Source: Octopus sinensis (taxonomy: Eukaryota). From it: 64,000 nucleotides of DNA. Location of the stretch: assembly GCF_006345805.1 (NCBI RefSeq), contig NC_043005.1, positions 83,080,001 through 83,144,000 of the forward strand. Direction: 5' to 3'. The notes under the pieces were generated by a model, which saw nothing but the letters and a program-made list of their open reading frames with translations, was not told the origin of the DNA and ran no database searches. Numbering within the stretch: position 1 is the stretch's first letter; each line of letters starts with the position of its first letter. Shown piece after piece: positions 52,233 through 64,000 of this stretch. A program made the position numbers and the translations under genes.

Positions 52233-53009
52233 AATATATATATATACTTAATAATTAGGGTTCAGCAGAGATTTGCTTTACCACATACCGAAGTTTAGAA
52301 ATAGCAGCCAAAAACCTTAGCTATTTCTTCTACTTTAAAAAGGGACTCCCAGAGAAACCAAAATACTTTAGAAGAAAATGAAGAAACAAATTTAGTTTGT
52401 TCATCATCTTTCGGATATTAGAATGTTGAATTATTTATTTATTATCAAAATGAGAACCTTAATAGCATACGTATATATCTTATAATTCAATGCGTATAAG
52501 ATAAGAATATAAATTATAAAAATCATAATATAAATTATTGAAATCATTAAAATCAATTCTTACAGCTGTTTCAGCCTATGGTTAAAAGTAGTTATTTTTA
52601 TTTTATTGCCTATAGTTGTTAATATATTGAGGTTGTAGGCATTTAAAATTAGGGTACTTATATATATATATATATATATAACCATAGGCCTCGTCAGGTT
52701 ATAAAGAACTTTAAAAATATTAATATTAATACATGAAACATGATACACGTATTATTTAATATATATAAAAATATATGAACAAATATCCATATAGACATAT
52801 ACAGATACATATATACATACATAAGCAGCTTGTATATACCTTTACATGTGTAAAAATACATAAATAAACACAATTAAACAATAGGTCCAAGTAAATATAC
52901 TATTCGTCATATACATATATATATATATATATTATATATATATATATATACATATCAGGAACATATAGACACGTCTATGCTTATGACCACATGAATAATA
53001 ATCGATTAT

Positions 53010-53057
<48 letters not shown>

Positions 53058-53300
53058 CATTATTATTATTATTATTATTATTATATTATTATTATTATTA
53101 TTATTGCTATTATTATTATGTTTATCAATAATAACAATATTATTATATTTATAGTAATCTTCACTTGACAATATATATTATAATAGATTCTAACATATCA
53201 AATATTACGATACAAGATAAACAATCCACAATCCATACAAATAAATATATACATACATACATACATACATACATACATACATACATACATACATACATAC

Positions 53301-53333
<33 letters not shown>

Positions 53334-53481
53334 GCAAACAAATATACATGCATATAAACATATAAAAAACATACAGTTAGACTATGGTTTTCAGTATATA
53401 GTTCCTCTTAATACAAACAAGTTCAAGCGTAATATCCATATGAGGATTTTTTTCTTTTCGTCAAAGTTGCAGTTAAAATTA

Positions 53482-53620
53482 GGGTTAAGTACATATATAT
53501 GGGAATTTAAAGATAAAAAAATTAATTATAATTTGCAATGGAAAATACTTATATCTGCACCTGCGTATAATAATAAAAATAGTAAATGTTCATTATGCAT
53601 TAACGAAATTTTCTTTCTAA
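53482..53620 (+). pseudogene. Penelope-like element, endonuclease C-terminal fragment
   Basis: LSTYIWEFKDKKINYNLQWKIL...YNNKNSKCSLCINEIFFL resembles the LSxYIW...W...CxLC.xEK tail of PLE ORFs. Confidence 0.65.
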
Positions 53621-53625
53621 ACCGT

Positions 53626-53880
53626 TTATTCAAAGTAGCCCCCTTCACCGTCTACCACGGTCAGAAGACGGCTCCTGAACTTGGCGCCTGCGTTCCCCAC
53701 GGTGTCCCTGAGAAAATCGTACACCTCCTTGATGTTATCCGCCAGTTCAGCCTTTGTTGTTGCAGGCAAAACAGTTGATGTCTTTTTCAACAACATCCCA
53801 CTTATAATAATAGATGTGATTATAATCGAGGGAAAGTTGGGGTTGGTAAAGTCATAGAATTTCCCCGACAAACACTTTGG
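53626..53880 (-). pseudogene. Tc1-like transposase C-terminal fragment
   Basis: LDYNHIYYYKWDVVEKD, then after a frameshift KAELADNIKEV...FRSRLLTVVDGEGGYFE*. Confidence 0.7.
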
Positions 53881-53889
53881 ACTTTTTCC

Positions 53890-54290
53890 TAATGACATCA
53901 AGCCATCTTGTGCTGCGCCGAATGACAGTAAAGCGTTGGTAGAGTGATCTGGCAGGAGACAGACGATATGTCCGTACCAGCGAATGGAACGGATAACTAT
54001 GAAATGGGAGGCTGCAAGCTGATGCGTGAATGCACGTAGTTCTTTGTTGGAAACGTGATGATACCATCTGATGTTCTCTATGGCTCTCAGGGTTCTACTA
54101 TCGAAGCCGTCGGTCCTCTTTGTCGGAGTTTTCGAAAGGAGGCTATGGACCTGTTCCATAGAGGAGAATGGAGAAGGCCGATGTATTGTAGATCCGAGCT
54201 TCGTCTTCCGGGATATAGAGCAGTGGAGCCAAAGGGGTTTCCATAGGGAGTACAAGACCCCGGCGGCCAGACCACATCTATATACGCCTT
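53890..54290 (-). mobile_element. RTE-clade LINE, C-terminal ORF fragment
   Basis: ISRKTKL..IYNT, DGFDSRTLRAIENIRWYHHVSNKELR and IRWYGHI. Confidence 0.8.
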
Positions 54291-54428
54291 TGTTTGTCAA
54301 TGTGTATATGTTTGTGCATACATAAATGCATACATACATACATACATACAGACAGACATACATACATACAAACATTCATACATACATACATACATACATA
54401 CATACATACATACATACATACATACATA

Positions 54429-55713
54429 CAAGGTGTTCAATTTAAAAGTTGACTCAGTTGTATTTATTAATAGTTATAAAGAATGTGCAATATTATGGAC
54501 AAACCTACTTTTATTAAAATGCTAATTTAAAAGTTACGTCAAACTGATTACAAAATTGTTGAGATTGTTGGCCGCCACGTTGTAGACAGAATTCAACACG
54601 ACGACGTTTGTTCTGGAACACATTAATCAAAACTTCACGTGGAATATTTTGGACAATATCAGTAATATCCGTACACAGTTCATCAAGTGTATGCGGATTC
54701 TATGCAAACACAGCGTCCTTGATATAGCCGAATAAAAAGAAGGTGTTACGTCTGGCGATCTGGGTGGCCAGAGGCCTTTCGTGATCAACCTGTGTTCAAA
54801 AGTGAAACAAAGTGTAGTTGCTAACAGCGTTACTCTTTCCATTCTCAGTTGGCTGCACAACAAACTAATCGATTATCTCACAATAACGTTCCGAATTCAA
54901 GGTTTCTTGGTAAAAAAAATCTGTCCTACTATTCTTCGCCTGCTGATAGCCATCCATACACCAATCTTCACTGCATGTAAGGGTGATTCGACAGACTCGT
55001 GAGGATTGAGAGCACTCTAGATGCGAGTGTTTTGAGAATTTAGGTATCCCTATAGGTGAATCCAAGCCTCGTCACTGAAGAACGTTATGTCAAGCTGGTT
55101 ATCATCCATGTTTTCTTGAAACCATTTGCAGTAATCCAGTCTTTTGGTAAAATCAGCAGGAATAAGTTCATGTAAAGAAGACACGCGGTATGGGTACAAT
55201 TTCAGCAATTTGAGAAGAGCAGTATGGCAGGTGCCAACAGATAATCCAGTTTCATGAGACAAACGTCGCACAGATTTCCTGGGACTGCGAAGAAGTCATT
55301 GACGGATATCTTCCTCATCATCAGAAAGGTGGGTACGTCGGCGAACGTGTGTCTTATTTTCAACTGAGCCCGTCTTCCTAAACTTTTTAATCTGAGCACT
55401 AATCGCCTGCTTTGTTGGCGGAGGCACATTTGGATATTCGCTCTTAAAATCAGTAACGCAATTGTCAAAGGAATAAATCCATCGCCCATTGGTAAAACGT
55501 TCTGATTTAAAAATAAGATTCCACAATAAATTAACGTTGCTGCACTGATGAACACGATTACGATCCCAGAAGAAATCTCGAATGAATGCGTTACACTTGT
55601 AAAAGGCTAAAATCAATTTGGCATAGCGAGTCAATCAGAGAGAGCTAATCTGAGCCAATCAGAGAGCCAATATTTTGACAGGTAATCAATCAATTTTTAA
55701 TTTGAACACCTTG
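54429..55713 (-). mobile_element. Tc1/mariner-superfamily transposon (WPPRSPD type), full length, dead
   Basis: 25-bp TIRs CAAGGTGTTCAA(T/A)TTAAAA (22/25), TA on the left. Remnants KKFRKTGSV, SPRKSVRRLS, FFSDEAWIHL, KIGVWMAIS and LWPPRSPD. Confidence 0.92.
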
Positions 55714-56858
55714 CATGCATACATACATATGCATGCATACATACATACAGACTGACAGACAGACAGACTGACAGGGACGGAATGACACATTCCTACATGC
55801 ATATGACTCTCTAACCCAGGTTACATATGCCCGTTCGTACATATTGTAAGAGACGCATTAACCTACGTAACATCAGGTCTACAAAGAAACCTAGAAATAT
55901 TTGTTTACCATATGCCAGACGCCGAAGTGATCGCAGAACAACGCGAAATGAAGTGTTTTCCTCAAGAACACAACGCACCACCTGGTTCAGGAATTGAAAC
56001 CAGAATCTCGTGATCGTGAGTGCAACACCCTAACAATTAGGCTTTGCGCCCTCGACACATACACACATACGGACACGCACGCGTACACACACACACACAT
56101 ACATACATACATACATACATACATACATGCATTGTGAGTTTTATCCTGCGCTGTAATAAATTACGATTCCTAATGTGATGATTGAAGCATGGAGACATAA
56201 TGAGGTGACTACAACAGCGACAAGTCTCAGCATTTCACTCAGCATTACAAAATAAACGGCTTTACGTGTCAATTTCAGTGCTACCCAACTTCCGGTGGCG
56301 TGTTCCTCCTATTTAAAAAAACTGTTAATACTTAGTCCGTCTAGAACTGTTTGGGAGTCATTACTGCTAATGCTACAGACATGTCGGAAAAGTGAAACAC
56401 TATCAGTCCAAGTCTGATTATATTTACGTAACGAAGTAAAACTATTAATGATCATTAACTTAATCATCACTCACATGGTTTTTGAGATTAAATTTAGGAG
56501 CAGAGTTATAAACAAAGCAAGTGTGATAAGCATGTATTTAGTGTAGATTTATTTAGTATTAGATATATATAATACTTAGTGTGGATATTGTTACTGTGGT
56601 TAATCCATAGGGCTGGCAGTAAATAGGAAGAGAGATCGGGTTTTCGGATTTAGCTTTTGTTAAGACCTTGTCTGAGATCAAATATTTCCCCACTAGCTGT
56701 AGAGAGAATTTTGTGTCAATGCAAAGGAACTATATATCTGCCTGTTTATCTACCTATCTATATATATATATATATATTGCACGTGCACGCACACACACAC
56801 ACACACACACACATACACATACACACACACATACACATACACACACACATCTCTGGGC

Positions 56859-56893
<35 letters not shown>

Positions 56894-56948
56894 TTTTCTA
56901 GAGTTAACTATATTTTCGTCTCATGTCTGCCTTATTATGTTTATTCAT

Positions 56949-59900
56949 TGTTATACAGTTAAACTGTACACCCCTCCCCGTAAAAAGTGGTAGTAGCCAA
57001 CCATTATAGGTAGACCAGTAGCCGGTCGGCAGAAGGTCGAACAGGTCGGAAGTATTTGTAGACTGTTAATAGTCATGTCTGTGCTGATATAGTAACTATA
57101 CTGATACTGAGTGGACGTTATATCGATCCAACTTTTTGAGCATAATAACACTGTACGACTGGGGGTTGTACAGTGCCAGATAAGAATATTTTGTGGATGA
57201 CTTTGGAATATAACAATATCTTTTAGAGCGACAACCGTCGTCAAAAGACAGGTACGACAGTGACGATGAGGAAATACAAATTTACGTAGAGTGAACAAAA
57301 AACTATTCAGACGGAGGGTTTCAATTGATTCAGGTGAAAAATTAAATACCTCGACAAAAAAAGAAACAAAAATCTTGTGTAAACTTACGAAAATCGTAAA
57401 ATATGGAAGACTTGTTAGCTGGGATAGTTGAGTTGCAAAAACAGCAACAACAGCAACTCAAGGAACAACGAGAACAACGAGGATTGCAGCAGTACATGTA
57501 ACAACTAATGAAGTTGATAACCAAACCGGAGAATACATTTTCACCTGACCATGTAGTAAATTCCATAAGCGAATTCAAATATGATCCCGAAAAAGGAAAA
57601 TCCTTTGAGGCTTACTTTTGAAGAGTTCAACAAATTTTTGGAATAGAACCTAAGGATTGGACGGACGATATGAAAACGCGTCTAGTTTTAAGAAAACTAG
57701 CAGCAGCAGAGCATGAGAAGTATAGAAACTTTATATTGCCAAAAAAGCGTTCGACATAAATTTCACCGACACAGTTGACATTTTGTGCAAAATGCTTAGC
57801 GAAAAGGGCTAACTTTTTATTACTAGATGGAAATGTTTAAACATAGAAAATAGCGAAGATGAAGACTTCAGTACTTACACAGGTAGAATCAATAGAAAAT
57901 GTGAGAGATTTAGGCTAGATATGCTTACTCCAGATTCTTTCAAATGTTTGATTTTTGCACGAGGGTTGACAGATAGAAGGGATGCAGAAATCCGAACGGA
58001 TATTCTATCAAAACTGGAAATAAACCAGGATTTGACATTGCAGAAATTGTCGGAAGAGTATGACAGGATATTAAAATCAAGGCAATGAAACGGAAGAAAT
58101 TCAACGGAAAGAGTGACCACATAATACCAGTGCAAAAAAATCGGAAGGTAAAGTGTTGCAGGAAAAAACAGAAAAAATATCAGGATGCAGACCCAGGTAA
58201 GGCATGTGGTGAGATGCATCTGAAAAAGATTGCCCATATAAAGAAGCAAAGTGTTTTCGCTGCGGGTTTACAGGATATATAAAATCGCACTGCAAAACTA
58301 GAATGATAGGAAAATGGAACAAACAAGGTAAAATAAATAGTCTGTCAGCAGGAAAAGTTGTGACTACAACAAACAGAAAATTTGTGAATGTGAGAATTGA
58401 AAATACTAGCGTCGGAATGCAAATAGATACGGGAAGTGATAACAATCATAAATGAGAAAACAAGGGAACTAATAGGGAAACCAAAATTATGTAGTTCAGA
58501 CAAAATAGCGTACGGTGTTACGGGAAGAAAATTATATTTCACAGGCGAACGTGTTTGTAATATAATGTTCAAAGATCGAACCAAAAAGGTGAATATTTAT
58601 GTGTTGAAAAATTTATTTGGCACCGAACGTATGGAGAAATTTAATTTATGGGATACACCCATAAGTGCTTTGTGAAATAACGCAAACGGAGCAGTCAAAT
58701 GATCGAACGCGGTCGATGAACTGAAACCAAAAATTAAAGAAACTTTCTCAAAAGTTTTTTTTTTCGGAAGGTTTAGGTTGTTGCACAAAAGCAAAAGCAA
58801 GGATTGCTATCAAAGACAATTCAGCACCTATTTTCAGCCCCAAACGGAGTGTCGTTTGCGGCGGTAGACCAAATCGATAAGGAAGTTGAAAGGTTGGAAA
58901 GCCTGAATATAATTGAAAGGATTGACCATGCAGACCGGGCAGCACCGGAATGTGCGGAAAAAAATAACCTAAGAGTATACACAGACTCCTCAACTGGGTT
59001 AATCGACTGTATACTCACACACAATTACCCACTTCCAAGCCCTGAAGAAGTATTTGCTAAACTAAACGGAGGGGAAAATTTTTCGAAGGTACACCTCTCA
59101 GAGGTGTACCTTCAAATTCAGTTAGAGGAAGATTGCACACATATACTAACAATCAACATGCTTCGTGGATTGTACAAGTTCAAACAAGTGCTGTTTGGAG
59201 GAAAAGTGGCACCCGCCATATTCCAACAAATAATGGATGCGATGTTAAGTGATTGCAACTTGGTCATCGCATACCTAGATGACTTTCTAATAAAGAGCAA
59301 ATCGAACACACAAAGAAAGTATTCGAGAGAATATAGACTAAAATTGACAGAAGAAAATGCGAACATTTTATGAAAAAATAAAATACCTAGGACAAGCAAT
59401 CGGCGAAAGTGGAGGCAGGCCGGACCCATCAAGGGCGACAGCAATACGAAATATGCCACCCCCGACGAACATGACAATGTTACAAGCATGTCTAGGCTTG
59501 GAAAATAATTAGCAAGTGTATATACCAAATACACAGGTAAATGAATTATTTTTTAAAATGCCAATTGGATTTGAACAGAGAAATGCCAGAAAGCATTTAA
59601 CGAGTTAAAAGACGTGTTAACTTCACACTTTCGATCCAAAGTTAGAGATAATACTAGCTACAAATACTAGCGAGTATAGGATAGGAGCTGGGCTCCAACA
59701 CAAGGATAACGATGACAGGAGAAAGGTTATAGCTCCTACGTCAAGGACGTTATTGCCGGCGGAAAAGAGCTATGGCAGGATTGAAAAAGAACCAAAGTTC
59801 TTAAGACAATGGTAAAAGCTGCTGAGAAGAGTTTCAACAGGATCTGGTCGAGGAGGAACGGAAGTTAGTATCAAAAGGCATGATTTCCCCTACAATCTTC

Positions 59901-60400
59901 TTTGAATAAACTGGTTACAACATCAAGGTACCTTAGTACTACCTTAACCATCCAGGAGGGTTACAGCAAAGACAACGGCAGAGAGGTATCAAGTAATTAT
60001 GACCTGGATGAGTCTTGGGCCCTTTAGATAGTAAAGAGTTAAGCGTCGAAATATTTGCATGAGGGGTCTTCTATTCAGCTTCCCATAAAGTTTCTTACTA
60101 CTATACATACAATCATTAAGTACAGATTAGTCCCACAGTTTAGAACCATGCCAGTCCGCACAGAATTTTTCGAACGTTTAATTCTGGTACATCATGGAAA
60201 TGCTAAGCTTCCATCTATTGTTAAAATAAACAAAAACAAAACTAAACATAAATATTCAATAACCAAAGTGATTTTGTTTAGCCTCAATCAGCCCTATCAT
60301 GGAAGTTGAATTTTCTACATAGACTCTATCCGATGGAACGTTCACAAAAGAGTATAGATTGGAAACGGAACAAAATGTCGGAAGCAGATCTTTTGACAAG
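56949..60400 (+). mobile_element. Ty3/Gypsy LTR retrotransposon, decayed; 3' LTR not found
   Basis: Candidate LTR TG...CA at 56949-57215. Gag from 57403 (EFKYDPEKG..F..YF, CFRCGFTGYIKSHC knuckle), protease MQIDTGSD (58417-58440), RT (YPLP, YLDD; ORF 58804-59373), RNase H (SRTLLPAEKSYGRIEKE). Integrase largely deleted. Confidence 0.88.
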
Positions 60401-60656
60401 TCGTTGTAACGGAGATGCAGAAAAATCAAAACACGAAAAAGTTAGTCTGTTTACAAACTAAAAGAAAAACACGAAAACAATTCTTTGTTTCTTAGTGTAT
60501 GTAGACAAGTTAAAATTTTAACAATAAAAATAACGAAAATAATGTTTATGAAATTGAAAAGGTATGCCAAGCGAAGATTCAGACAAAATTTTATACACAC
60601 ACTCATACACACACACACACTCACACACACACACCACACATGTACGTGAGTGTGTA

Positions 60657-60721
<65 letters not shown>

Positions 60722-60838
60722 CGTACATACATTTATGTATGTATATATGTGTGTGTATGTGTACCTGTGCATATATATGTTTGTATATGTTTGTGTGTGT
60801 GTATATATATATATATATGTATACAACTTTTTGGAATA

Positions 60839-60881
<43 letters not shown>

Positions 60882-61006
60882 TGCGTATGTACATGAGTAT
60901 GTACATGAGTATATGTGTTTGTGTACGCGCTTGTATGTGTTTCGTGTTTATTAAATTTACTTTGTTTCTCCGTATGCGTGATTCCTCCAAGCAGCATTCA
61001 AAACAA

Positions 61007-61057
<51 letters not shown>

Positions 61058-61067
61058 TAATAATAAT

Positions 61068-61823
61068 ACCATCGGTGGCTGCACAGAATTGGTTTGAAAG
61101 CCGAAACAGAACGATTCTCCCTAGCAGCACAAGACCAGAGTCTCCTCATCCGGAACTATCAAGCTAATGTCACACACAGTGAGGTAGACACAAAGTGAAG
61201 ACGCTGCGATAACAAACTTGAGAGTATTGACCACATTGTTGCCGGTAGCTCAGCCCTTGCCCCTACAGAATATCAAACTAGGTATGCTCGAGTTGACCAA
61301 AACTTGCACTGGATAATATACCGTCACTATGGTATCCCGTACCCTAAGAACTGGTTTGAACACCATCCAGAGCTAGTCTCTGAGGAAGAGAATGTTACCA
61401 TCCTATGGGATTATGGGATACATGCAGACAGGCAAACAGATACTAACAAGCTAGACATTGTCGTCAAAGACATAAAACAAAAAACATGCCTGTTAATTGA
61501 CCGTACCTACTGATAGAAACATCTCAGTAAAGGAATTTGAAAAACTGTCGAAATATAAGGACATTGAGATATCTCGGATGTAATAATTATAAACCAAAAC
61601 CATCCCTGTTGTTGTAGGGAACCTGGGAATGATCAAGAAAAGTACTGACAAATTTTTTGACCAGATCTCTGAGAAACTAACAATCTATGAGACTCAAAAA
61701 ATTGTGTTGATATCAACCGCCCACATTCTCAGGAAGTTTCTCTCTATCTAATATATACGTGCCTTAGGTCTCTAGTTGATACTCGGTTAGAAGATGAAGC
61801 AAAATGCAATTCAATCGGAAAAT
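61068..61823 (+). mobile_element. R4/Dong-clade non-LTR retroposon, 3' fragment 1
   Basis: LKAETE...AAQDQSL, ESIDHIVAG, ILWDYGIHADR...KLDIVV and IPVVVG.LG (zinc-knuckle and restriction-like endonuclease region); flanked by AAT-rich repeats. Confidence 0.85.
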
Positions 61824-61845
61824 GATAATAACAATAACAATAATA

Positions 61846-62003
61846 AAACAGTAGGTTTGTCTCTTAGGGACAGCAATGATTATCAGGAGAGTTCTAAACA
61901 CATGGAAGACCGCTGAAAACCTGTAGATACCTAAGGTTACAGGTAGTAACCCGTTCCTACTTAAATCCTACCAGGAATAAGACCGAACCTGAGCCAAATC
62001 GGA
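61846..62003 (+). mobile_element. R4/Dong-clade, extreme 3' fragment 2
   Basis: LLGTAMIIRRVL* C-terminus and a 3' UTR ending AATCGGAA, as in fragment 1, followed by TAATAGTAATAAT. Confidence 0.6.
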
Positions 62004-62063
62004 ATAATAGTAATAATGTGTACCCTAGTGTCACTTAGATGGCATGCGCTGCTCTCCCACTCA

Positions 62064-62140
<77 letters not shown>

Positions 62141-62142
<2 letters not shown>

Positions 62143-63409
62143 GATAAATTGATAGAGAAAGAAATGACAGGAAAATTTAAGGTGGAGTACTTGCACAGAC
62201 TGAGACTGATCCTTAAGTCGAAATTAAACGGACGGGATAAGATGGAAGCTATCAATACATGGGCGGTTTCACTCCTTAGATATGGAGCGGGGGTAATTGC
62301 ATGGACAGTAGACGAACTAAACAGCTTAGACAGAAAGACAAGGAAGTCACTAACCAGATATGGGTTACTCCACCCCGAGAATGACACAGACAGATTGTAT
62401 GTACCAAGAGAAAGAGGGGAAAAGGGACTTATTGGATGCGAACACAGCATTAGAGCAGAAGAAAACAACATAGCATGGTATGTAAAAAAGGCCACAGAAC
62501 CGCTATTATTAGAAGTAAGAAGGTCAGGATTGTGTAGGATGAAAGAATGCAAAAATAAAGCACGATACAAGAAATTGAAAACGAATGAAATTGAAAATAG
62601 GTGGGCAAAGAAAAGAATGCATGGTCAATTTCATAAGGATATTGAAAATAAGATAGAGAAAAAAGATGGCTGTGGATGACTAAAAGTGATTTAAAACCGG
62701 AATCTGTGCTGCCCAAGAGCAAGCACTAAGAACAAACTACATAGAATACACAATAGACAACACGGCGGAAAGTGATAAGTGCAGAATCTGTGGACAAAAC
62801 GGTGAAGCCGTATGGCATAATACTAGCCGATGTACACCACTAGCCCAGAAGGAATATGAGAGGCCACGACAATATAGCCAGGCTTGTCCATTGGACACTT
62901 TGCAATAAGTATAGCCTTGACAGAGCAAAAAATTGGTACAACCACAAACCTGAAGGTATCGTCGAAAATAGAAATGCAAAGATCCTATGAGATGTTATGA
63001 TTCAATGCGACTAGGAAGCCGGACATAGTCTTAATTGAGAAAGAAAACAAGCTATGCTGGATCATAGATACAGCATGACCAGCTGACAACAAGGTATGCG
63101 ATTAAGAAAAAAGAAAAGTCGATAGATATGACAGGTTAGCTTGGTAAGTTAAGCAGTTGTGGTCGATGAAAAAGTAGTAGTAGTACCAATAATTGTCGGA
63201 GCCCTGGGAACAGTGAACAAAAATCTCGAGAAGTGCCTGGAACAAATAGGGGCTGCAATAAGGGTGGAGCACTTGCAGAAAACAGCACTGCTTGGAACCG
63301 CTTGAATACTCCAGAAGGTGCTTGAAAAATAAGAAGTGTTACGTCAGTTCACTGGTAGTGAACAGCTGATACTGTAGTACATCTCCAGCGTTAGAAGCTG
63401 TGCAAAGGC
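62141..63409 (+). mobile_element. R4/Dong-clade, 3' fragment 3
   Basis: LKSKLNGRDKMEAINTWAV, RLYVPRERGEKGL, MHGQF, CRICGQNGE.VWHN.S.C, PDIV and KTALLGTA; (TAA)n on both sides. Confidence 0.92.
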
Positions 63410-63477
<68 letters not shown>

Positions 63478-63480
<3 letters not shown>

Positions 63481-64000
63481 GGAGTATCAAAATAACAAAC
63501 CCGGCATCTAAACAACTTTGGACCCCCATAACAACTGAAGAGGTCACCCAGGCACTGCAAAGACTAAGCAACTGGAAGGCACCTGGGCATGACAAGATCC
63601 CCAACTTCTGGTTGAAATATCTAACAGGAATGCACAAAAAGCTGGCTGAAAACTTTAACAACGTACTAGCAGAGCCAGAGACAATGCCTGAATGGCTCAC
63701 GAAGGGGAAAACCATCTTAATCCCCAAATCAAATGAAACAGAAAAACCAGAAAACTACAGACCAATAACCTGCCTCCCTACTATGTTCAAGGCATTTACT
63801 GCAGTGATATCACAAAGGCTGAACAAGCACCTGGGCGAAAACAAACTGTTCCCAGAAGAGCAGAAAGGATGCCGCAAAGGCTCATATGGCTGTAAAGATC
63901 AACTAATGATTAATAAAGCCATAACTGAAGACAGCCACAGAAAGAAGAAGGCCTCAGTATGGCCTGGATTGACTACAAAAGGCGTTTGATAGCATCCCCC
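63478..64000 (+). mobile_element. R4/Dong-clade, RT region, fragment 4 (runs off the window)
   Basis: NWKAPGHDKIPNFWLK, NYRPITCLPTMFK, EQKGCRKGSYGCKDQL and IDYKKAFDS-like segment; begins directly after (TAA)n. Confidence 0.92.

Noticed and set aside
53626-54375. 249-aa ORF as an RTE-transposase fusion gene
   Set aside because: It starts in a (TATG)n repeat, and both the RTE and Tc1 parts leave their native frames within it; most likely a chance open frame across decayed fragments.

Overview
Eukaryotic, AT-rich DNA saturated with (TA)n, (CA)n, (TACA)n, (GATA)n and (TAA)n microsatellites. The repeat repertoire points to an octopod cephalopod (Octopus-like) genome; this is inference, with no database search. 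I found no intact host gene, RNA gene or CRISPR array, and nearly all long ORFs in the track are translated microsatellites or decayed transposon fragments. The window looks like a large intron or intergenic transposon graveyard. It holds at least three tRNA-derived SINE families (labelled A, B, C here), CR1-type and RTE LINE fragments, Penelope-like (PLE) fragments, four Tc1/mariner relics plus a MITE, hAT pieces, two copies of a non-autonomous Helitron, a decayed Ty3/Gypsy element, and four R4/Dong-type retroposon fragments each set in (TAA)n. The most unusual signals are (i) several hammerhead-ribozyme-like motifs, two inside small inverted-repeat (fold-back) units, (ii) a high density of long imperfect palindromes, (iii) a SINE-head/CR1 chimera and a 3' stem-loop shared by SINE and CR1 with covariation, (iv) a SINE-derived 34-bp minisatellite, and (v) the Dong cluster. 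Alignments were done by eye, and boundaries of decayed elements are approximate.
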